Shown here in pieces: positions 1-7,403 of a stretch of 64,000 bases of DNA. Numbering within the stretch: the first letter of the stretch is position 1; each line of letters opens with the position of its first letter. Made by a program: the position numbers and the translations under genes. Location: positions 11,175 to 75,174 of the forward strand of contig CBDANQ010000015.1 in the NCBI GenBank assembly GCA_965197725.1. Reading direction: 5' to 3'. Under the pieces are notes generated by a model that worked only from the letters and a program-made list of their open reading frames with translations, searched no databases and was not told the DNA's origin. Source of the stretch: Longimicrobiales bacterium. Lineage in GTDB: Bacteria > Gemmatimonadota > Gemmatimonadetes > Longimicrobiales > Gaopeijiaceae.

Positions 1-449
1 ATGGCGCCATTCACTTCGAACGATGCCACACCGGTCACGCACGGGCGGTTCAGGAGCGTCGCCACCATCGGGCCGACCTGCTGCTGGTCATCGTCTGCCG
101 CTTTGACCCCGAAGAGGATCAACGCAGCGTCGGAACCCTCCAATTCGCTCGCCAACGCCTTCGCCGTCGCAAGCCCGTCCATGCCGGCGTCGCCGACCAA
201 GAGAAGTGCGCTGTCCGCGCCCATCGCGAGGCCAGCGCGCAGCGACTCTTGGGTCGACGCGTCGCCGAGGCTCAACAAAGACACGGTCCCGTCGCCCGCG
301 GCTTCCTTGCTTCTAAGCGCTGCCTCGATCGCGAACTCGTCATACGGACTGACGATGAACTTGACCCCAGTGGGGTCGATTCCAGTTGCATCGATTCTGA
401 TGCGGGTCTCGGTGTCCGGAACCCGCTTCACACAGACCGTGACGTTCAA
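1..449 (-). CDS. etfB: Electron transfer flavoprotein beta subunit (partial, runs off window start)
   Basis: Hand translation of the minus strand from TTG at 449: MNVTVCVKRVPDTETRIRIDATGIDPTGVKFIVSPYDEFAIEAAL...LRAGLAMGADSA...GVKAADDDQQQVGPMVA. These are EtfB motifs. Not in the ORF track because there is no stop inside the window. Confidence 0.92.
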   Translation of the reverse strand, partial: MNVTVCVKRVPDTETRIRIDATGIDPTGVKFIVSPYDEFAIEAALRSKEAAGDGTVSLLSLGDASTQESLRAGLAMGADSALLLVGDAGMDGLATAKALASELEGSDAALILFGVKAADDDQQQVGPMVATLLNRPCVTGVASFEVNGA

Positions 450-572
450 CGAGGTGCACTCCGATGTGGCGCGGACGCGATGGGCAAGCAATGGTCGCCG
501 AAGATGCCGCCGGATAGCGCCGGGGCCAAGAACGGCGCGATCGGCAGACCCAGGCTCATTCGCGTCTTCCTT

Positions 573-1190
573 CTAGAAGGCGGCTGAAGATCGTATCGTG
601 CCCCCCGGATGACGGGACACTCCGGAGGCGCCGACAACGTAGAACCGATACGGCCAGTCCGCCGCCGCGCTCACCCCGATGCGCTTCGAGACGCCCACCA
701 GATCGAGCGGCACGGCCCATCCGGCCCGCAGTTGCAGCGGCTCGGCACGCAGGTCGTGTCCGTACAGATCGCCGGTGATTCCCAGCGCTTGACACAGCCT
801 GCCCGGGCCCGTACTCAAGGGCTCGCGACCTCGGCGCTGCTTCATCACCTCCAGCCCCTCCATCGCCTGCAACCCCCGCAGCAGCACAGCTCCCGCTTCC
901 CCGTCAGGCCCCGTGACAACGTTCATGCACCAGTGCATGCCGTAGATCCGATACACGTAGCTGAAGCCCGCCGGGCCGAACATCACGGCGTTCCGTTTCG
1001 TGAGACCGCTGAGGGTCGCGGCATGAGACGCGGGATCCGCCGGTCCGTCGTACGCCTCCGTCTCGACGATCACGCCGGATGTTCGCCGGCCACCGACCGT
1101 TGATACGAGACGATGCCCGAGCAGATCCCGTGCCACCACGAGCGCGGGCCGGTGGAAGAAACCCTCAGGAAGCTCGGCGGCAGGAGCCAC
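573..1190 (-). CDS. DNA-3-methyladenine glycosylase (MPG/AAG family)
   Basis: FFHRPALVVARDLLG, IVETEAYDG, YVYRIYGMHWCMNVV, GAVLLR, GPGRLCQALGI and RIGVS are MPG motifs. Start placed at GTG 1190; the track extension to 1346 overlaps the upstream gene. Confidence 0.92.
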   Translation of the reverse strand: MAPAAELPEGFFHRPALVVARDLLGHRLVSTVGGRRTSGVIVETEAYDGPADPASHAATLSGLTKRNAVMFGPAGFSYVYRIYGMHWCMNVVTGPDGEAGAVLLRGLQAMEGLEVMKQRRGREPLSTGPGRLCQALGITGDLYGHDLRAEPLQLRAGWAVPLDLVGVSKRIGVSAAADWPYRFYVVGASGVSRHPGGTIRSSAAF

Positions 1191-1227
1191 GCCGGACCTC
1201 CACGGGGGGAGGCCCGGGGTGGCGCTG

Positions 1228-3021
1228 CTAGGACCGACTCCGTGTGCCACGGCCTCGACCGCCCCTGCGTCCGCCGCGTCCGCCCTTGCTTGAGCCTCCG
1301 TCCGATTCGCCTGAAGTACGCCGCGTGTAATCGGCACGCCACGCATCGAGCAGCTTCTCCGCGCGGGCAGGCGGGACGGCTACCGAGATCGCGGCCGGGT
1401 CATCCCGCAATGTCTTGAAGAAGCCCGTGCCAAACCGCCCGACCAGCGTCTCCGCGGTCTTGTCCCCAACACCCTTATAGCGGTGAGTCAGGTACCGGAC
1501 GATCGCATCAGGATCGCTCGGCAGACCGAGCGAGTCGAGATCGACCTCGGCGGCGGCTCGTGTCTCATCGGCGGGGGTCGACGCAGACTCCGCCGGCACA
1601 TCTGCCGCCGGACTGGCGGTACCGAAGGCCTGGCCCTCGAACAGCAGCGGCTGGTCGTCCGCTCCTCGGCGGCGCGTAGACCCGCGGCGCGGACCGAGGC
1701 GAAGACCAAGATCTCCCAGATCGGAAGGGCGCACCTCTACGATCATGGGGTCGCCGCTCTCGGGCTGTGGAATGGATTCCGTGGCGGTCTCCGACGTCGA
1801 GTCCGTGGCCGCCTCCGAGATCGATTCGGTGGCCGGCTCCGAGGTGGCAGCTGCTCCATCCCGAGCGCCGCTCACCAGCCTCACCTGAAAGTTGCCGCGG
1901 TCCGTCCGCTCCGCTTCGACGATGCCGTGCTCTACCGCCTGCGCCAGAAACTTCGAGAATTTCGGGAAGCCCAGCTCGGCCTCATCGAACGAGCGGTCTT
2001 TCTCCAGGATCTTTCGCTTGACGTCCGAGTCACGTACGGACTCACGCCCCGCGGCCCGAAGATCCTCCAGCGAGGCCGTCAGCAGCGCATAGGCTTCCTG
2101 GAGTGGGTCGTCGGAGGTCTCGGACACGTCCCCCGACGTGAACCCCGCGTCCGGCTTGTCGCGGTCGTGCCGATCCCGCCGGCCTCGGCCGCCCCCCCGG
2201 CGAGTGCGACTCTCACGCGAATCGGCCGTCGGGGTGCGCCGACCCCGCCCTCTCATGGGTCCGACCTCGTACTGTCCGTTGTCGAGCTTCTTGAGCCTCA
2301 CGAGCCCGCGCGAAGAAGCCTCCGCAAGGAACTTGCTGAACTTGCTGAAGCCCATGCCCGCTTCGTCGAAGTTCGCATCCAGTTCCTGCATGACCTGCTT
2401 GAGCCGGTCCGACCGCATGACGTCACTTCGCGCCATCATTTTCTTCAGCGCTTCGGCAACGAGCATCCATGGGTCCCGGGTCGCCTGGTGCAGTTCGGTA
2501 GTCTTGGTGAGTCCGGTCAGGCTGGTGTATGAGTAGTACTCGTCGCAGTTCTGCACGAGGATGTCCGAGCTCGACTCCTGAATGCCCACACCGACGACGT
2601 ACTTTCCGTATTCCTTGAGCTTGAGCACCAAGCTAGAGAAGTCCGAGTCCCCGGTGAGCAGGATATACGTCCCGATCTCGGGACGAATGAAGACGAGCTC
2701 GACCGCGTCGATCGCCATGCGAATGTCGGTCGCGTTCTTCTTGTTGCTCCCATAGGCAGGCGCGAAGATCAGATCGACCGACGCCTCCGAGAGCGGCACG
2801 ATGTACTGCGGATAACGACGCCAGTCGGCATAGGCCCGCTGGACGCTGACCTTTCCCTTGATGACGTCGTTGTCAAGAAGGCTCTTGAGCTCCTTCGAGA
2901 GGTCGCTGCGCATACCCATCGTGACGTTGTCGAAGTCGATGAGGAGCGCTGCGTGAGGCGTGTCTTGCGCCGAAGAGCCTGGTCCCCCTTGATGGGGGGC
3001 CCTGGTATACGGTGTACCCAT
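1228..3021 (-). CDS. NYN (LabA/DUF88, PIN-like) ribonuclease with two OST-HTH/LOTUS domains and a C-terminal helix-hairpin-helix-like domain
   Basis: NYN motifs LLIDFDN, RAYADW, KNATDIRMAID and LTGDSDF. Two FDEAxxGFxKFSKFLA repeats are LOTUS-like. C-terminal IVRYLTHRYKGVGDKTAETLVGRFG. Start at ATG 3021. Confidence 0.85.
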   Translation of the reverse strand: MGTPYTRAPHQGGPGSSAQDTPHAALLIDFDNVTMGMRSDLSKELKSLLDNDVIKGKVSVQRAYADWRRYPQYIVPLSEASVDLIFAPAYGSNKKNATDIRMAIDAVELVFIRPEIGTYILLTGDSDFSSLVLKLKEYGKYVVGVGIQESSSDILVQNCDEYYSYTSLTGLTKTTELHQATRDPWMLVAEALKKMMARSDVMRSDRLKQVMQELDANFDEAGMGFSKFSKFLAEASSRGLVRLKKLDNGQYEVGPMRGRGRRTPTADSRESRTRRGGGRGRRDRHDRDKPDAGFTSGDVSETSDDPLQEAYALLTASLEDLRAAGRESVRDSDVKRKILEKDRSFDEAELGFPKFSKFLAQAVEHGIVEAERTDRGNFQVRLVSGARDGAAATSEPATESISEAATDSTSETATESIPQPESGDPMIVEVRPSDLGDLGLRLGPRRGSTRRRGADDQPLLFEGQAFGTASPAADVPAESASTPADETRAAAEVDLDSLGLPSDPDAIVRYLTHRYKGVGDKTAETLVGRFGTGFFKTLRDDPAAISVAVPPARAEKLLDAWRADYTRRTSGESDGGSSKGGRGGRRGGRGRGTRSRS

Positions 3022-3144
3022 TGCTTTTGTCTCGCAAACTGAATTGTGTTGCCGCGAGACCTCCCCACCCCACCCGCGTCTTTGGATCACGAGAGGGGTC
3101 GGGGAAGCCTTTCGGGGACGCCCACCATGGGCGCCGCGACCCCG

Positions 3145-4755
3145 TTAGACCGATTCGCTCTCCGACTGAACCACGCGGGAGAGCTCTACCCGCCGCACCT
3201 TACCCGTATCCGTCCGCGGTAGCCTGTCCAGGAAACGAACCAGATCAGGGACCTTGTCCTCCGCGAGGGTCTCGCGGCACCAGTCCACGATCTCGTGACC
3301 TGTGACGATCGCACCTTCGACAAGAACGATGCAGGCGCAGATGGCTTCTCCGAGGAGCGGGTCGGCCACGCCGATCACCGCGACCTCTCGTACCGCCGGG
3401 TGAGACTCGATTCGGGTCTCAACTTCGCGGGGATACACGTTGAAGCCAGATCGAATGATAACCGTCTTGCGTCGGCCGACCAAATGCAGATAGCCCTCTT
3501 CGTCCAGGATTCCGAGGTCCCCGGTGAGGAAATATCCGTCCCCGTCGTACGCGTTCACGGTCTCGGTCGGCTGTCGGTAGTAGCCGATCATGACCCCCGG
3601 ACCCTTCACTCCGGTCTCGCCAACGCTCTCGACGGGCAGCTCTTCCCCGTTCGACTCGACGATGCGGACGTCGTTACCGGAAAGCGGCGTGCCCACCGTA
3701 AATCGGCGCTTGTCCGCGGGGTCATCCGCGCGCGCGACAGCGAGTGTCGAGGCGGTCTCCACGAGCGAGTATGCGTTCAACACCGTGACGCCCAGATCAT
3801 CCCCGATACTCGCGACGAGATCGTCGTGTACGGGAGCCCCGGCCACCACCGCCAAGCGGAGCGAGCTCAGGTCGCGGCTGCGGGCCGCCAGCTGCGCCAG
3901 CTCGCTGACGAAGAGCGTCGGGATCCCGTAGTGGACGGTGGCCTGGTGCTGTTCGGCCAAGTCGAGCGTCGCGGCGGCGTCCGCCTCATCCTGCAGGATG
4001 ATGCTCGCTCCGACGAGTAGCGTGGACAGCAGCCCTGGCCCGAGTCCGAATACGTGAAAGAGTGCCGTGACACCCACCAGCCGATCCGATTCCTTCAGCC
4101 CGAGCGCATCCGCGGTGCCGGCGGCGGCGTGGATCAAGTTCGTATGACTGAGCTCGACTCCTTTCGGCTTTCCCATCGTGCCCGACGTGTACACGATCGC
4201 GAAGCAGTCGCGGGCCGGGTCGAGCGCCGGGGCGGGAAAATCGCGTCCCGCACCCGCCGAGATGAGGTCCTCGAACTGAAAGATCCGGTCGTCATACCAA
4301 AGGTCCTCGTCCCCGACGGTCGCCAAGTATTGCAGCTCCGGGAGCTGTGGCATCAGGTCCTCGAAGAGCTGGAGATAATCGACCCCGAAGGCATGTTCCA
4401 CCGTGACTGCGCAGACCGCCTCCGAGTGCCGCAACACGTACTTCAACTCGGAGGCAGTGACACGAGGATTGAGCGGAACGATCGTCACGCCAAGCTTTGC
4501 CGCCGCGAACATCGCGACTACGAATTCCGGGCACGGAGGTAGCAGCAGCACGACCCGGTCCCCGGCCTCGATCCCCAGGTTGGAGAGCGCGGCGGAGAGC
4601 GCCTCGGCGTCGCGCTCGATCTCACCATAGGTCATCACGTGGTCGTGGAAGCGCAGGTAGGCGCATTCGGAATCGGAGGTCGCCCGCGTGGCCAGTGCGG
4701 ACGCAATCGTGAAGCCTGCGAAGCGCTCGGTGAGTGCCATGTCAGCTCCAATCAT
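3145..4755 (-). CDS. Acyl-CoA synthetase / long-chain fatty acid-CoA ligase (class I adenylate-forming enzyme)
   Basis: YTSGTMGKPKG AMP-binding motif, plus YSLVE, GYF(L)TGDLG, GRRKTVIIRSGFNVYPREVE and PRTDTGKV. Confidence 0.92.
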   Translation of the reverse strand: MIGADMALTERFAGFTIASALATRATSDSECAYLRFHDHVMTYGEIERDAEALSAALSNLGIEAGDRVVLLLPPCPEFVVAMFAAAKLGVTIVPLNPRVTASELKYVLRHSEAVCAVTVEHAFGVDYLQLFEDLMPQLPELQYLATVGDEDLWYDDRIFQFEDLISAGAGRDFPAPALDPARDCFAIVYTSGTMGKPKGVELSHTNLIHAAAGTADALGLKESDRLVGVTALFHVFGLGPGLLSTLLVGASIILQDEADAAATLDLAEQHQATVHYGIPTLFVSELAQLAARSRDLSSLRLAVVAGAPVHDDLVASIGDDLGVTVLNAYSLVETASTLAVARADDPADKRRFTVGTPLSGNDVRIVESNGEELPVESVGETGVKGPGVMIGYYRQPTETVNAYDGDGYFLTGDLGILDEEGYLHLVGRRKTVIIRSGFNVYPREVETRIESHPAVREVAVIGVADPLLGEAICACIVLVEGAIVTGHEIVDWCRETLAEDKVPDLVRFLDRLPRTDTGKVRRVELSRVVQSESESV

Positions 4756-4790
4756 GACGGATACGTGCGGGGGTCATCAGGCACTGCGTT

Positions 4791-5909
4791 TCAAGCGAGC
4801 TCCGCGAGCACGTCCCGCACCAGCGAGTCCGGAATTTCGCGACTCCATCCTGCGTCGTCCTCCACCTCGCCGAGCCGACGAAGTAATACGTACCGTGGCC
4901 TCCCCGAGCGAGCTTTCTTGTCTGAAGCGAGAAAGCGCAACGCATCCTCCACATCGACTGACGGCACGGAGTCCAGCGACAAGCCAAGCGTCACGAGGCC
5001 TGATGCGATCCTGGCTCGCGTCCCTTCCTCGGTGACGCCCAGGCGTTGACCGAGCTCCGCTTCGAGCAGCATCCCTGCCCCGATCGCCGTGCCGTGGCCC
5101 ACGCCGTACGCAGACGCCGCCTCGATCGCGTGGCCCAAGGTGTGACCGAAGTTGAGCACCTGTCGAAGGCCACCCTCTCGCTCGTCACGGGTCACCACGT
5201 CGGCCTTGATGCGCACCGAGCGGACGATGGCTTCCGTCGCGGTCTCGACGTCGGCTGCAAGAAGCCGGTCTGCAGCCGCCATAAGCCACTCGAAGTACTG
5301 AGCGTCGAGAATCGCGCCGTGCTTGAACGCCTCCACAAGGCCCTGGACACGCTCTGCGCTAGGCAGCGTGGTAAGTGTATCGGGGTCCGCGACCACTACC
5401 CTAGGCGCATGGAAGGACCCCACCAGATTCTTCCCCGCCCGCACATCGACCCCGGTCTTGCCGCCCACCGACGCATCGATCATCGCGAGGTAGCTCGTCG
5501 GGACCTGCACGACCGGAATGCCGCGCAGGTACGTCGCGGCCACAAAGCCGGCCAGGTCTCCTGTAACACCGCCACCCACGGCGACCACGCAGCTGTCCCG
5601 GCCATGTCTATCGTCGAGCATGGCGTCGGTGAGCATCGACCAATTCTCGAGCGTCTTGCACGCCTCACCGGCTGGAAAAGAGTAGAGCCGTGCATCGACC
5701 CCCGTCGCCGTCAACGCTTCGAGCACAGTGGTTCCGTGCACACGCGCCACGTTGTCATCGCAGATCAACGCGTAGCGATGTGCCGGGGCGTATTTCGACA
5801 GCAAAGCGGAGAGGTTGCCGAGCAGGCCGGAGCCCACCCGCACCTCGTAGCTCACGTCGCCGGCGCCAACCTCGACGCCCGTGGCCTCCGCGGGAACGCG
5901 ATCGGTCAC
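4791..5909 (-). CDS. aroB: 3-dehydroquinate synthase
   Basis: GGGVTGDLAGFVAATYLRG, DASVGGKTGV, GKNLVGSFH and LNFGHTLGHAIEA. Start GTG 5909 overlaps the upstream stop. Confidence 0.96.
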   Translation of the reverse strand: MTDRVPAEATGVEVGAGDVSYEVRVGSGLLGNLSALLSKYAPAHRYALICDDNVARVHGTTVLEALTATGVDARLYSFPAGEACKTLENWSMLTDAMLDDRHGRDSCVVAVGGGVTGDLAGFVAATYLRGIPVVQVPTSYLAMIDASVGGKTGVDVRAGKNLVGSFHAPRVVVADPDTLTTLPSAERVQGLVEAFKHGAILDAQYFEWLMAAADRLLAADVETATEAIVRSVRIKADVVTRDEREGGLRQVLNFGHTLGHAIEAASAYGVGHGTAIGAGMLLEAELGQRLGVTEEGTRARIASGLVTLGLSLDSVPSVDVEDALRFLASDKKARSGRPRYVLLRRLGEVEDDAGWSREIPDSLVRDVLAELA

Positions 5910-7162
5910 CGGCGAGGCGAGGCGGTCACCTCCGCCGAGACGCCCTCGCTGCGCCCCACTCGTAGCACTGTGGCCGCATGGCCATCGACCTCCGTGACCT
6001 CGAGCGACACGGCCCCACCGAGGGAACCGAGCGCGCTGCGGAAGTGCTCCGCGAAGCGATCCCGTGCGGCGGTATCGTCCCAGACGGCGTACCAAATGAG
6101 GCCGCGTTCGCCGTTTACTCCGTCGACGAGCACGTACCGGTCGCCACCCCAGCCGTCCGCGAAGCGGGCGCCGTCGGGCCCCAAATGCTGCTTGAGCAGC
6201 ACTCCGAGCTCCAAGCGCCCGAGCACGTCCTCGTGCAGGACTTCGCCCCCTGAGACCGACATCGCCAGCTCGACCGGTGGATCGTGCGGACGTCCGCCGA
6301 GGATCTGCTCGGTCGATGTCGGCAGAGACGCTCCGAACGGCGCCACGCGCTCCCCTTGCTTCCAAAGGTTGTGCACGTAGCCCGCCCCCTCGATGTAGGG
6401 GAAGAGCAAGCTCTCCTGGATCACGGGCGGCGCGGCCGCAAGCGCCGGGAACTGCTCCCTCACGCCTTCGAGCGCCGGGCGAAGCTGCGCCGCGAAGTCT
6501 GGGATCGCCCCGAAGTCCACCGGTGCGCCCCGCATCTGCTCGGTCATGTACTCGAGCATCACGAGCGTCGCGTGACCTTCGATCGCCGCCTGCGCGGCAG
6601 TCGCCCGATCGTTCCCTAGCTTCGGATCGGTGAGCGCGTCGAGGTCGACCCACTGGTCCTGGACCGCGTGCACGAGCTCGTGCACCAGCAGTCCCTGTAG
6701 CGCCACCTCCGGCTGGTCGTTCAGCACGAAGAGCGCGGTCGAGTCCGGCTCGTAAAAACCCACGACCTGCTCCGTGTACAGCCCTAGCAGCACCTCGCGC
6801 AAGTCCAGCGTGCTCGGAACGAGCCCGAAGAGTGCATAGGCGTCGACCGCGGCCCGGGCCTCCTCCTCCGGTAGCTCCTCGTCGAGCTTGTTCTCGAGGT
6901 AGCGGACCAACTCGTCACGACTCCGCATCTCGAGCCTCACGGGTTCACGCAACTCCAGGCCGGAGCGCGCGGCGAGGTCCGGCAACAGCGCCGACGCCAG
7001 CTCCCTGAGCTTCGCGTCCGACGACAACACCAGCTGGGACTGCGGTTGCTGAGCGCTTCCGCCGCATGCGCCGAGGGTGAAGAGCGCCGCGGACAAAACC
7101 AGCACCCTTCCGAGCCCGGCGCCACCCCGCGGCCCCTCGATCCTACGGCTTTCGGGGAGCAT
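5906..7162 (-). CDS. Putative lipoprotein zinc metallopeptidase (HEXXH)
   Basis: Lipobox-like TLGAC, GFYEP, HELVHAVQDQ and a downstream EGHAT (third ligand), then LFPYIEG and STEQIL. Confidence 0.7.
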   Translation of the reverse strand: MLPESRRIEGPRGGAGLGRVLVLSAALFTLGACGGSAQQPQSQLVLSSDAKLRELASALLPDLAARSGLELREPVRLEMRSRDELVRYLENKLDEELPEEEARAAVDAYALFGLVPSTLDLREVLLGLYTEQVVGFYEPDSTALFVLNDQPEVALQGLLVHELVHAVQDQWVDLDALTDPKLGNDRATAAQAAIEGHATLVMLEYMTEQMRGAPVDFGAIPDFAAQLRPALEGVREQFPALAAAPPVIQESLLFPYIEGAGYVHNLWKQGERVAPFGASLPTSTEQILGGRPHDPPVELAMSVSGGEVLHEDVLGRLELGVLLKQHLGPDGARFADGWGGDRYVLVDGVNGERGLIWYAVWDDTAARDRFAEHFRSALGSLGGAVSLEVTEVDGHAATVLRVGRSEGVSAEVTASPRR

Positions 7163-7346
7163 TCGGAGCGCGGTCATCGCGAGCATCCAGTGGCGTATGG
7201 GGGCGTAGGGGCGCGTAGGAGGCGCTGAGCCAGGGAGCTTCGCTCCCCCGATGAACGGGGTCAAGGCACGCTCGCTTCCCTCATAAAGATCGATCGTGAG
7301 CTAAACACTTTGGCAACACTACACTAGCTTGATCGGGCGGACGCGG

Positions 7347-7363
7347 CTGGCACTCCGCTTGCA
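7347..7363 (+). promoter_or_regulatory. Sigma-54 (-24/-12) promoter upstream of PBP1A
   Basis: CTGGCACTCCGCTTGCA closely matches TGGCAC-N5-TTGC with exact GG-N10-GC spacing, about 40 nt before ATG 7404. Confidence 0.75.
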
Positions 7364-7403
7364 ACGGTATCGGACAGACACTCATTCCGACGGAAGCCGC
7401 ACG

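Noticed and set aside
5910..6653. Apparent 250-aa N-terminal extension of AroB (similar extensions on GcvT, ThiE and PNP in the ORF track)
   Set aside because: Arg-rich out-of-frame read-through of the upstream gene. Plausible starts lie at or near the upstream stop codons.
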